A stretch of DNA of 64,000 nt from Squalus acanthias (taxonomy: Eukaryota): contig CM059433.1 in the NCBI GenBank assembly GCA_030390025.1, forward strand, positions 13,828,001 through 13,892,000, written 5' to 3'. Position 1 is the stretch's first letter; every line of letters begins with the position of its first letter. This document shows positions 12,141 to 24,971 of this stretch, in pieces. Under the pieces are notes generated by a model that searched no databases, was not told the origin of the DNA, and worked only from the letters and a program-made list of their open reading frames with translations. The position numbers and the translations under genes are program-made.

Positions 12141-13520
12141 ATGATTTTTGCCAGTTAAGCGAGAATTCCAGATATTTGGGTGCCGGATAAACGAAAGTTC
12201 CCTTACTAGGAAACAGATAAGAATAAATGCTGAGGAACAATGAAAGTGTAGCATGATAGAAAACACCAAGTAAGCTCGGAAAAAATGTACTGCAGCCAAA
12301 TAAAATGCTATGATGTGCATTATTCTATCCATATACTTACATAAGACCAGGCTTTTCAATGACTAGTTACTCACTGTTTACAATGAAAGAATGATTCAAG
12401 TTGATTATTTGGAAGAAGCTTCTCAAAGCATGCACATAACTGCAGTAACTTAGAGACTGTGCTTTCCCCACTAGCATATCTAATTTTGCATTCAGCTACG
12501 AGATCATGATCCATAGACCACATTAACTGCAAATCATGTTCTGTCTCAGCATGTCATGTACCACTGTAATAAATTAGTTCAATTAAGAACAGAAATTGCC
12601 TGAGGCATTTATGTGGAATGGCGCATGTCAGTAGTTTTCTCTACTTCCTGTGTTCATTCTTTTGGGACCTTTATCTGTGATAAAAAACTGGGTCTGGCTG
12701 TCAGTATTTGTTTTACTTTCCCATACATATTGCAATTGTGGGAGGTTAATGCATGTAGTTCACTCAACATGAACTAATTTAATTATTGTTTTAATGTGCC
12801 ATATAAGAATCAACCGATTATCTCTCAAGTGGCTGCTGGTGATGGGAACTATCCAATTGAGAGATCAGAAACAAAAACAGAAAATTCTTGAAGTAGGCAG
12901 CAGGCCAGTTAGCATCGGTAAAGAGAACAGACATTTTAATGTTTTGAGCGTAACCTATCATCAGAACAAAGATCAGACATTGGTTTTACCTTTGTTCTAG
13001 CTCAAACACAAAAGTCTGGAGATGACTGCTGCCAATATTAGCAAATGAACACTTGCTGCTCCCATGTGGCATAGGAACATGAGAAGGCCATTCAGCCCCT
13101 TGAGCCTGTTCTGCCATTCTCTTCCTGATAGTTTAACTGGTTAAAATAAATTAGTTGAAAGAATTCACAGAGGAATGTCACACAAGTGTGTTAAGCATTC
13201 ACCCGCTCAGCTCACCAACTGTAAATTCTGCCTTTGTAAAAATGAAAATTGTATTTTTCCAAGGTGCCACAATCATCATATCAGATTATAATTAACTTGC
13301 AATAATAACACCAATTTATAATTTTATAACCTGTTTCAAGCAGTTAATCTGGAAATCATGTAGTAAAGGTAAGAAAATCATTAGGCGCCTCTCTTGTAAG
13401 AATTTTTAGAAACAGAAAAAAGTCCAATAGGTCTCAACAAGCCTGTCCTTTCTTGATAGATCAACCCGACCTGCCTTCTCACCCCTCCCACCTGTCTTCT
13501 CATCATATCTCTCAAACCCT

Positions 13521-16500
13521 ATCGGTACCAATGACATAGGCAGACAGAGGGATGAGGTCCTGCAGGCAGACTACAGGGAACTAGGAGAGAGATTAAAAAG
13601 CAGGACCTCAAAGGTAGTAATCTCCGGATTACTCCCGGTGCCACGAGCTAGTGAGTACAGGAATAGGAGGATCGAACAGATGAATGTGTGGCTGGAGAGA
13701 TGGTGCAGGAGGGAGGGCTTTAGATTTCTGAGGCATTGGGACCATTTCTGGGGAAGGTGGGACCTGTACAAGCTGGACGGATTACACCTCAACAGAGCCG
13801 GGACCAATATTCTTGCAGGGAGGTTTGCTAGTGCTGTTGGGGAGGGTTTAAACTAGCTTGGCAGGGGGATAGGCACCAGCATATAGGAGTAGAAAAGAGG
13901 AATAAGGTGCATAAAAGAGTGAGTGTGTTGGATAGTACTAGAGAAGAAAGTAGTACTCGAGGCGGAAAAATTCAAAAATAGGTTCAGAATGCATGTACGT
14001 AAACGCACAAAGTGTGGTGAATAACGTTGGTGAGCTACAAGCACAATTATCCATGTGGCAATATGATGTTGTGGCAATAACGGAAATGTGGCTTAAAAAC
14101 GGTGAGGACTGGGCACTTGATATTCAAGGGTACAAGGTGTTCAGAAAAGATAGGGAAGGAGAAAATGGAGGTGGGTTGGCAGTGCTGATTAAGGAAGACA
14201 TTGTAGTGTTGGAAAGGGAGGATGTTTTTGAGGGGACAAGGACAGAATCCATTTGGTTAGAGTTGAGGAGCAACAAGGGTATGATCACGCTATTGGGGGT
14301 ATTCTACAGGCCTCCAAATAGTGAGAGGGAGGTAGAGGAGCAAATCTGCAGGGAAATTGCAGAGATATGCAAGAGTTATAGAGTGGTGATACTGGGGGAC
14401 TTTAATTACCCAAATATCGATTGGGATAATGCAAGGGTAAAGGGAAAGGAGGGGGAGGAATTTCTGAAATATGTTCAGGAGAATTTCCTTGACCAGTATG
14501 TTCTTGGCCCAACTAGGAAGGAGGCATTGCTGGATCTGGTGCTGATGAATGAGGTGGGCCAGGTCGACCAAGTGTCTGTGGGAGAAGACTTGGGTACGAG
14601 TGATCATCGTATCATAAGATTTAGATTAGCAATGGAGAGGAGCAAGGAACAATCTAGAGTGGAACTTCTAAACTGGAATAGGGCTAACTTCAATGGGATG
14701 TGAAAGGATCTAGTCAGGGTAAAATGGAACCAAAGACTGACAGGAAAAACTGTAACGGAACAATGGAGATCTTTGAGGAGGAGATGTTCCAAGTACAGGC
14801 TAGGTACATTCCAACAAGAGGGAAGGGTAAGGGAACCAAAGCAAGGGCTCCTTGGATGACGAGGGAGATTGAGAAGATGATGAAACAAAAATGTGGGTGT
14901 ATGATGAATGTCAGGTGAATTCTTCAAGGGAGAACCAGATGAAATACAATAAGTTGAGAGGGGAAGTCAAGATGAAAATAAGATTGGCAAAGAGAGAGTA
15001 GAATGGCGGTTAACATAAAAAGGAACCCAAAAATCTTCTACCGGCATGTAAACAGTAAGCAGGTAGTAAGAGGCAGTGTGGGGCCTATTAGGGACAATGA
15101 AGGTGATATATGCTTAGAGGCGCAGGGCAAGGCTAGAATAGTCAATGAGTACTTTGTATCGGTGTTTACTAAGGAGGTGGATGCTGACAAAATATCAGTA
15201 GAAGTGGAAAAAGTAGAAGCAATGGAAGGGGTGAAAATTGATAGACAGGATGTACTAGAAAGGCTGGGTATGCTTAGAGTGGACAAGTCGCCTGGTCCAG
15301 ATGGCTTGCATCCCAGGTTGCTAAGGGAATTGGGGGAGGAGATAGCAGAAGGGCTTGCCATCATTTTCCAATCTTCCCTAGATGCGGGTGAGGTGCCTGA
15401 GGATTGGAAAGTGGCAAATGTGACACCATTGTTCAAGAAAGGGTTTAAGGACAATCCTACTAACTACAGGCCGGTCAGTTTAACATCAGTGGTGGGTAAA
15501 GTTTCAGAAACAATAATCAAGGAAAAAATTAACGGGCACTTGGAGAGATTTAAGCTAATTAAGGAGAGCCAACACGGATTTGTAAAAGGCAGATCTTGTT
15601 TGACTAACCTAATTGAATTTTTTGATGAAGTAACAGGGAGGATTGATGAAGGGAATGCAATAGATGTTGTCTACATGGATTTTTGGAAGGTGTTTGACAA
15701 AGTACCACATAGAAGGCTGGTTAACAAAATTGAGGCTCATGGAATAGGTGGGTCAGTGGCAGCTTGGATAAAGAATTGGCTTAAGGACAGAAAACAGCGA
15801 GTTGTGGTAAATAGCTGTTTTTCAGACTGGAGGATGGTAGACAGTAGTGTTCCCTAAGGGTCAGTGCTGGGGCCACTGCTTTTATTGATATATAAAAATG
15901 ACCTGGATATTGGAATATAGAGTAGAATTTCTAAATTTGCCAATGACACCAAACTTGGGGGTATGGCAAACAGAGATGATGATACCAATCGACTGCAACA
16001 GGACATAGAAAGGCTATCAGAATGGGCAGACAAGTGGCAGATGAAATTTAATACAGAGAAGTGTGAGGTGATGCATTTTGGCAGAAGGAACAGGGAGAGG
16101 CAATATACACTTAATGGCACAGTTTTAAAGAGTGTGCAGGGACAGAGGGACCTGGGAGTGAATGTGCATAGGTTCCTGAAGGTGGCGGGACATATTGAGA
16201 GAGTGGTTAGCAAAGCATATGGGATCTTAGGCTTCATAAATACAGGTATTGAGTACAAAAGTAGAGAAGTTATGCTGAACCTTTATAAAGCGCTGGTTAG
16301 GCCACAACTGGAGTATTGCGTCCAGTTCTGGTCACCACACTTCAGGAAGGATGTGAAGGCACTTGAGAGGGTACAGAGGAGATTTACCAGAATGGTTCCG
16401 GGGATGGGGGATCTTAGCTACAAGGACAGGTTGGAGAAGCTGGATTTGTTTTCATTAGAGCAAAGGAGGTTGAGAGGTGATTTGATAGAGGTGTACAAGA

Positions 16501-16843
16501 TTATGACGGGTTTGGATAGGCTAGACGGGCAAAGGCTGATCCCACTAGTTGATGGTACAAGGACTAGGAAACATAGATTTAAGATTTTGGGCAAGAGATA
16601 TGGGGGGACATGAGGAACAACTTTTTTACGCAGCGTGTGGTGAGGACCTGGAACTCGCTGCCGACGGAAGTGGTGGAAGCGGAGACACTCAATGTGTTCA
16701 AGGGGAGACTGGATGGGCACTTGAGGGAAATAAACTTGCAGGGCTACGGGGATAGAGCAGGGGAGTGGGACTGACTGGATTGCTCTACAGAGAGCCGGCA
16801 CGGACTCGATGGGCTGAATGGCCTCCTTCTGTGCCATTATGAC
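13521..16843 (+). mobile_element. CR1 LINE: ORF1 esterase C-terminus plus ORF2 (APE-RT), decayed; nested in an older minus-strand CR1 remnant
   Basis: GTNDI...VVISGLLP...DGLHLN (SGNH esterase-like ORF1). ORF2 motifs YVNAQS, GDFNYP, YRPVSLTSVVGK, LEYCVQFWSP, with stops and frameshifts. CR1-type 3' tail. Confidence 0.92.
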
Positions 16844-17191
16844 TCTTCAGAAATTGATCCAATTGTCTCTTGAACACTGCTTCAATGGTAATTTATTCCA
16901 CAACTCTCTTACCCTTTGGATGGAAATATTCTACCTGACTTGCCTTATTCCTAACTTCCTAATGTTTAACTTCTGCCTTGGCTATTTCAACCTTTCAACG
17001 TAGTGAATAATTTGCTTAGACCACTTGCATCAATTCCTTTAATAATTTTGAAAAATTAGATGATCTTGAAGGCTCCTCTTCTCCAAAGCAAACTAGCCCA
17101 ACCTCCTTAACATTTGTTTATAACTTAATTCCAGATACTGGAATCATCCTTAATGGTTGCCTCCTTATAGTGCTACCATCCTTCCTATATA

Positions 17192-18872
17192 AAAACATAC
17201 AAAATAGGAGCAGGAGTAGGCCATTCGACCCTTTGAGCCTGCTCCACCATTCAATAGGATCATGGCTGATCTCCTACCTCATCTCCACTTTCCTGCACTA
17301 TCACCATATCCCTTGATTCCCTTAATATCCACAAATCTATCGATCTCTGTCTTGAATATACTCAACAACTGAGCCTCCACAGCCCAAAGATTCACCATCA
17401 TCTGAGTGAAGAAATTGCTCCTCATCTCAGTCCTAAATGGCCGACCCCTTATTCTGAGACTGTGATCCCTGGTTCTAGACTCCCCAGCCAGGGGAAACAT
17501 CTCCCTGCATCTACCCTGTCAAGCCCTGTAAGAATTTTGTATCTTTCAATGAGATCGCCTCTCATTCTTCTAAACTCTAGAGAATATAGGCCTAGTCTAC
17601 TCAATCTCTCCTCATAGGACAATCCCTCCATCCCAGGATTCAGTCTGGTGAACCTTTGTTGCACTCCCTCTATGGCAAGTATATCCTTCCTTCGGTAAGG
17701 AGACCAAAACTGTACACAATACTCCAAGTGTTATCTCACCGGGGCCCTGTATAATTGCAGTGAGACGTCTTTACTCTTATACTCAAATCCTCTTGTAATA
17801 AAGGTCAACATACCATTTGCTTTCCTAATTGCTTGCTGTACTGGCATGTTAACTTTCAGTGATTCGTGTATAAGGTCACCCAGGTCCCTCTGAACACCAA
17901 CATTTCCCAATCTCTCACTATTTAAAACATACTCTGCTTTTCTATTTTTCCTACCAAAGTGGATAACTTCACATTTGTCCACATTATATTCCATTTGCCA
18001 TGTTCTTGCCCACTCACTTAGCTTGTCTATACCCTCTTGAAGCCTCTTTGCATCCTCCTCACAACTTACATTCCCACCCAGCTTTGTATCATCAGCAAAC
18101 TTGGATATATTACATTTGGTCCCCTCATCCAAATCATTGATGTAGATTGTGAATAGCTGAGGCCCAAGCACTGATCCTTGCGGTACCCCACTAGTTATAG
18201 CCTGCCAACCCGAAAATGACCCGCTTATTCCTATTCTCTGTTTTCTGTCTGTTAACCAATCTGCAATCCATGCTTGTATATTACCCCCAATCCCATGAGC
18301 CCTAATTTTGTTTAATAACTTCTTGTGTGGCACCTTATCGAATGCCTTCTGAAAATCCAAATACACCACATCCACTGGTACCCCCTTACCTATTCTGCTA
18401 GTTACAACCTCAAAATTATTTCCCTTTCATAAATCCATGTTGACTCTGTCCAATCCTATTATTATTTTCTAAGTGCCCTGTTACCACGTCCTTAATAATA
18501 GATTTTAGCATTTTCCCTACTACTGATGTCAGGCTAACTGGTCTGTAGTTCCCTGTTTTTCACTCTCCCTCCTTTCTTAAATAGTGGGGTTGCACTTGCT
18601 ATCTTCCAATCTGCAGGAACCGTTCTAGAATCTATGGAATTTTGGAAGATGACAACCAATGCATCCACTATCTCTACAGCCACCTCTTTTAAAACCCTGG
18701 GATGTAGGCCATCAGGTCCAGGGGATTTATCGGCTTTCAGTCCCATTAATTTCTCCAGTACTATTTTTTTACTAATACTAATGTATTTCAGTTCCTCATT
18801 CTCGCTAGACCCTTGGTTCTCCACTATTTCCGGAAGGTATTTTGCATCTCCTTCCGTGAAGACAGACACAAA
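17192..18872 (-). mobile_element. CR1 LINE, 3' portion of ORF2 (RT) and 3' UTR; continuation of 6439-7358
   Basis: Begins TTTGTGTCTGTCTTCACGGAA (FVSVFTE). Contains KSPGPDG, YLDFQKAFDKVPH, GVPQGSVLGP and FADD, then a CR1 tail. Confidence 0.92.
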
Positions 18873-21552
18873 GGCCGCAATTTCGCCGACCGAGGTGGGT
18901 CCGCGGTGGCTGGGGTCGGTGTCGCGGTCCCAGCCCGCTGCCTACTGCAGTGATTTTACATTAATAGGGCTTGTTAAGCCCGCCCTGCGAGGTTCCCAGC
19001 CAATTAAAAGGAAGAGGGTCTGATGATGTCACTTGATGATGTTTCCTTCAAAGGACCATGTCCAAATTGATCTTGACAGTTCTGCTGTCAGTGTTCTACA
19101 GCATTGAGGTGCTGCAAACACTGACAAGCACTGCACAAAGGTGCACGGCTGCACCCAGGCTCTCCCATGACTCCCTCCATATGCAGGGAGGTTCTCTTCC
19201 CTATTCATGGGAGGAAGAGACCACCACAGGAGATCAACACAGCCTGGTTGCACATTGCAGAGGAGGGCACAAGCAGGGATGTCGGCAGGAGGACCTGGCT
19301 GCAGTGGCGCAAGCCTTTCAATGATCTCAGTAGATCACGAAACGTTACTGCAAAGCCACACTCAACCTTATCCTGCTGTGCCACTCATCACATCCCCATC
19401 ACTCTGCCTTCCCTTCCATACTCCTGCACAGCTTTACTCACACCAACCTACCTTGCACCTCCACCCATCCCTCTTATCTATCTACATTATCACTTCCTCA
19501 TCTCAGTAGCTACCCCTCACACTCACCCTCATCCTAGGGCAATCATACCAACTCATTACAGCCTTGGTCCAAACATGAACAAAGGAGCTGAATTCCGGAG
19601 GTGAGGTGAGAGTGACTGCCCTTGACATTAAGGCAGCATTTGACCGAGTGTGGCATCAAGGAGCCCTAGTAAAACTGAAGTCAATGGGAATCAGGGGGAA
19701 AATGCTCCACTGGCTGAGTCATACCTAGCACAATGGAAGATGGTTGTGGTGGTTGGAGGTCAATCATCACAGCCCCAGGACATCGCTGCAGGAGTTCCTC
19801 AGGGCAGTGTCTTAGGCCCAACCATCTTCAGCTGCTTCATCAATGACCTTCCTCCAACATAAGGTCAGAAATGGGGATGTTCGCTGATGACTGCACAGTG
19901 TTCGGCGCCATTCACAACTCCTCAGATAATGAAGCAGTCCATGCCCGCATACAACAAGACCTGGACGACGTTCAGGCTTGGGCTGATAAGTGGCAGGTAA
20001 CATTCGTGCCACAGAAGTGTCAGGCAATGACTATCTCCAACAAGCGTGAGTCTAACCACTGCCCCTTGACATTCAACGGCATTACCTTCGCCGAATCCCC
20101 CACCATCAACATCCTGGGGGTCACAATTGACCAGAAACTTAACTGGACCAGCCACATAAATATTGTGGCAACAAGAGCAGGTCAGAGGCTGGGTATTCTG
20201 CAGCGAGTGTCTCACCTCCTGACTCCCCAAAGACTTTCCACCATCTACAAGGCACAAGTAAGGAGTGTGATGGAATACTCTCCACTTGCCTGGATAAGTA
20301 CAGCTGCAACAACACTCAAGAAGCTCGACACCATCCAGGACAAAGCAGCCCACTTGATTGGCACCCCATCCACCACCTTAAACATTCACTCCCTCCACCA
20401 CCGGCGTACCATGGCTGCAGTGTGTACCATCTACAAGATGCACTGCAGCAACTCACCAAGGCTTCTTCGGCAGCACCTCCCAAATCCGCGACCTCTTACA
20501 CCTAGAAGGACAAGGGCAGGAGGCGTATGGGATCACCACCACCTCCAAGTTCCCCTCCAAGTCACACACCATCCTGACTTAGAAGTATATCGCCGATCCT
20601 TCACCGTCGCTGGGTCAAAATCCTGGAACTCCCACCCTAACAGCACTGTGGGAGTACCTTCACCACAAGGACTTCAGCGGTTCAAGAAGGTGGCTCACCA
20701 CCACCTTCTCAAGGGCAACTAGGGATGGGCAATAAATGCTGGCCTTGCCTAGATCGCATAAGTGAATTAAAAAAAAAATACCAACTAACAACACACAAGG
20801 GTAGGCACTTGGGTGTTTTAGCCAATGTTCATGTAAAGTTTCTGTTAATGTGCTGTCAAACATTGAAACCTTTATTTTCAGCACTTTGCATTCTTGGACA
20901 GATTTTTGTGCACCTTTGGAAGTGGCTTAGTGAGTTGTAGTGAATGGTGAGACATAAGGGTACCCCCTGCAATGGTGATGAGTGTGAAAGGAATGGCTTG
21001 GGCATTGTAGGGATGCTTTATCATGTTGGTGTGGGTTGGTGCCAACCTGGCGCATCATGTGGCAGCCAAGGTGTACAGCGGCAAGTGAAGTAAATTTGGC
21101 CATGGTGAAGCCATCCCTGGCGTCCCGGACAGCAATGTGGTCAGGTGCTGATGCCCTGTGTCCTGTGCAGCATCAGTTGATTGTGGAGAAGGTTGGTGTT
21201 GTTGCTGCTGCTGTGCCCGGTGATGCTGTTGTTGTGGCTGATCTTGGTGAATCCACTCACGACATGCTGAGCTGTAGTGTTCCCCGATAAGCGGGTAAAC
21301 CGTGGGGGAGCACATAAAATTGAAATGTAGGCTTAAAATAACAGTTAATTAGATGTTAACAACTCATTTAATGATGTGGATTGCCTCCCCCGTCGCTTGG
21401 TGTCAGGTCTGTTCAGCGGCGACAGACCCGACACCTGGGAGACTCGCGTGGAGGCAGGTTGACAGCAGGTTCCCTACCCACTGTCAATCTGTGCTATTTT
21501 GACAGCTGACCCGCCTCCGAACCCACCCTAGAACGCCGGCAAAATTCAGCCC
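18873..21552 (+). mobile_element. Harbinger-like TIR element with Myb/SANT-like remnant, interrupted by a family B LINE
   Basis: Termini GGCCGCAATTTCGCC ... GGCAAAATTCAGCCC. Encodes REVLFPIHGRKRP...AWLHIAEE...RTWLQWRKPFNDL. Confidence 0.78.
19554..20777 (+). mobile_element. 5'-truncated family B LINE with poly(A) and 9-bp TSD
   Basis: RT motifs GVPQGSVLGP and FADD, C-terminus HHHLLKGN*, AATAAA and an A-tail. TSD ataccaact at 19545-19553 and 20778-20786. Confidence 0.92.
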
Positions 21553-22444
21553 CAGGACTCCCATTCAGTCAGGGCCCTGATGCTGCCTATTTATTATGGG
21601 GATGGGTAGACATGGAAGTGGCAGCATTGTATCAGTTCTCCAGTGCTGGGCAGGGGTACATGTAGCTATAGCAAAAATAAAATGGACACACAGACAAAAG
21701 AGCCATTTTTGACAAGAAAGCAACCTGCTTCCAACTTAGAAATTCTAGCCACAAAATACACTCTATTTTAATGCTTTTCATTTTCAACCTCATATCGCTC
21801 TTTCAGAAAGTACTTCTGGCCAGAGATTTATACTAAAGATGATTCATCGTTCTGTGTTCAGGCTTCTGCTGTTTATACAACTTTTGGAGTATTTCCCTAA
21901 GAAATGATGAAAATTACCAGAAAGAGCTAGTTGCATTATGATCAGTGCTTAAAATAAAGAAAGAAATCAGAAATGAAACAAGAATATTTGCTGCAGCAAT
22001 GGCACTTACTGTGTAGAAATCCAATCAGATATTTTTCTGTAGCTAGATACCACTAAATAAAGTCAATGCTACACTTCCTGTCACTATTATTTATTCGAGA
22101 TGTGATGGAAATATAATTCTATGCTGCATGTTCGAATTGTTCTTTTCCTGAGCGAAATCTAAAAAAAAACCAGTAACAACGACTGGAAAAGCAGCTTCAG
22201 AGCTTCTCGTCTCTCTTCATATTCTCTGCTTACTCTCTGCTTATCCAACAGCAAAGTGTGATATTTCTGATGTTCACACTGCATCCACAGTGATGGGAAA
22301 AGAAATCTATTGCTGGTTGTTGGCTTTCATTCCACAATATGGCACCATGTGGTGAATGTGCCAGCAAGGAAGATCAGAGTTTATAAAAAAAAAGGGCAGG
22401 AAATCTTTTTCTAAGGTTTAGTTTTTGGGAATGTAGGCAGAGTC

Positions 22445-23745
22445 AACATGCTTTTTTATGAAAGGGAAATCATGTTTGGCTAATCTATTAGAGGTTTTTG
22501 AGGATGTAACTGCAAGGTAGATAAAGGGGAACAGTAGATGTAATATATTTGGATTTTCAAAAGGCATTCGATAAGATGCCACACGAAAGATGGTTACACA
22601 AGTTAAGGGCTCATGGGGTTGGGGTTATATATTATCATGGATAGAGGATTGGTGAAAGGACAGAAAACAGAGAGAAGGAATAAACGGGTAATTTTCAGGT
22701 TGGCAGGTTGTTATGAGTGGGGTACCGCAAGGGTCAGTGCTGGAGCCTCAGCTATTTACAATCTATGTTAATGACTTAGATGAAGGGACCAAGTGTAATG
22801 TATCCAAATTTTCTGACGATACAAAGCTAGGTGGAAAAGTAAGCTATGAGGAGGCCACAAAGAGCCTGCAAAGGGATATAGACAGGTTAACTGAGTGGGC
22901 AATAAGGTGGCAGATGGAGTATAATGTGAGGAAAATGTGAGGTTATTCAATTTGGTAGGAAGAATAGAAAAACAGAATATTTTTTAAATGGTGAGAAACT
23001 ATTAAATGTTGATGTTCAGAGGGATTTGAGTGTCCTTGTACATGAAACACAGAGTTAGCATGCAGGTACAGCAAGCAATTAGGAAGGCAAATGGCATGTT
23101 GGTCTTTATTGCAAGGGGGTTGGAGTACAAGAGTAAGGAAGTCTTGCTGCAATTGTCCAGGGCTTTGGTGAGACCACACCTGGAGTACTGTGCACAGTTT
23201 GGTCTCCTTATCTGAGAAGGATATACTTGCCTTAGAGGCGGTGCAACAAAGGTTTACTAGATTGATTCCTGGGATGAGAGGGCTGTCCTATGAGGAGAGA
23301 TTGAGTAGAATGGGCCTATACTCTCTGGAGTTTAGAAGAATGAGAGGTGATCTCATTGAAATATATAAGATTCTGAGGGGGATTGACAGGATAGATGCTG
23401 AGAGGCTGTATCCCCTGGCTGCAGAGTCTAGTACGAGGGGGCATAGTCTCAGAATAAAGGGTCGGCCACTTAGGACTGAGATGAGGAGAAATTTCTTCAC
23501 TCAGAAGGTTGTGAATCTTTGAAATTCTCCACCCCAGAGGACTGTGGCTGCTCAGTTTTTGAGTATAATCAAGGCTGAGATCGATACATTTTTGGACTCT
23601 AACGGAATCAAGGGATATGGGGCTCAGGCAGGAAAGTGGAGTTGAGGTGGAAGATCAGCCATGATCTTATTGAATGGTGGAGCAGGCTCGAAGGGCCCTA
23701 TGGCCTACTCCTGCTCCTAATGCTTATTTTCTAATTTTCTTATGT
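22445..23745 (+). mobile_element. 5'-truncated CR1 LINE (RT C-terminal part plus 3' UTR)
   Basis: GVPQGSVLEP, FSDD, LVRPHLEYC, RRMRGDLIE and a CR1 tail. Confidence 0.9.
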
Positions 23746-24199
23746 ACCAGGACTAGGACTGTAAAAACACAAGCATAATGGCAGATCTCCAGTTTTTCTT
23801 TGTACTGATCCTTTTGGTCTAAAGAGCACTGTGTTCATTAGTACATAACCCTATGTGTATTCCGCACACATTAGGAGATAAATATAATGGATGAATTTAG
23901 TGCAAGGTGGGAAGTGTAGCAAAGTATTCAGAATGAATGAGCTGCTTTAAATATCCATCTGTGGACTCACTAGAGTTATTCTAAATTCTGCATGTCATGT
24001 AGTTAAGCAAAATACATTTAAATAATTTAATTCATTGAAACAAAGATTTCGATATCTAAGGTCAAGTGAATAGAAGATACATTTTGTCATTTGTGGTTTA
24101 TTATTACAGAATGATCGAGTTTCTATGGAAAAGTCACCTTTGTGCAGTTATTTCTCTGCTAGAATAATAGAAACAATGATATGCATATGTATGTTACAA

Positions 24200-24475
24200 C
24201 AACAGAAAATGCTGAAAACACTCAGCAGGTCAGGCAGCATCGTGGAGAGAGAAACAGAGTCAACGTTTCAGGTCGAGGACCCTTTGTCAGAACTGGAAAA
24301 AGTTGGAGAAGTAACAGATTTATAAGCAAGTGTGGGGGCAGGGAAAGGGAGGAGGAGAGGAAAGAACAAAGGGAAGGACTGTGATAGGCTGGAAGGCAGG
24401 AGAGATTAAGAGACAAAAGGGATGATGGTGCGAGGCAAAAGGAGATGGTAATGGGACAAGTTCAGAAACAAAAGA
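24200..24475 (-). mobile_element. Penelope-like terminal-repeat remnant
   Basis: Shares CAGAAAATGCTG...CTCAGCAGGTCAGGCAGCATC...GAAACAGAG..AACGTTTCAGGT with 47700-47912. Degenerate hammerhead core on the minus strand. Confidence 0.55.
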
Positions 24476-24761
24476 ACTAGGACTGTTGCATATGTATGTT
24501 GTTGTGTACATAATTATTTCCCGTAAGTAAGTACTGTACTGTCAGTATTTTTTGTAGCTTGACAGTTAAATACAAATCTTCTTGCAGATTGCTTTACAAG
24601 TTGATATTGTGCACACGTCACAATCAAAGACTAAAGCACATAGACGTCCTAAAGTGATTACACGCACCTTGTTTGAAACTTGAGCCAAAACATCGATCCT
24701 TATGGTTTTGCCACAATATAGATATTAACCATATACAAAGAGTTCATCCTGTTCTACTTAC

Positions 24762-24971
24762 CCCTGTTCTCTGCACTTCCATAAAAACTGCTCTCTGGAA
24801 GGTTTTCTCCCACACTGCAAGCTCGCTCCCCATCTCTACGCAGAAATAATGGTTCTCGCCTTGACCGGCCAGGACACTGAAACCATACGGCCTCTGGTTT
24901 TGAAGCTCGCAGTCCTGATGAAGACTTAAATATAAGTTTGCTTGTAGCCAGCATTCATCAGCAAGCCAGAG
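24762..24971 (-). CDS. SNTG2: gamma-2 syntrophin coding exon, 210 nt
   Basis: ttttacag|CTCTGGCTT...AGAACAGGG|gtaagt gives LWLADECWLQANLYLSLHQDCELQNQRPYGFSVLAGQGENHYFCVEMGSELAVWEKTFQRAVFMEVQRTG. CWLQANLYL and FQRAxFMEVQRTG are typical of SNTG2. Confidence 0.94.

Larger units (their letters stand above)
9493..12204 (-). mobile_element. Tigger/pogo DNA transposon
   Basis: Left end ta|CAGGAAACTCTTTATTAACCGGCAC. The right end reads AGGGAACTTTCGTTTATCCGGCAC in reverse complement (imperfect TIRs). Contains the transposase ORF. Confidence 0.85.

Noticed and set aside
1..24761. Next SNTG2 exon (expected SRTYxCSWQG-like), including a flipped copy inside the inversion
   Set aside because: Not found by eye on either strand. 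It probably lies beyond the left edge, but a TBLASTN would be needed to exclude it.
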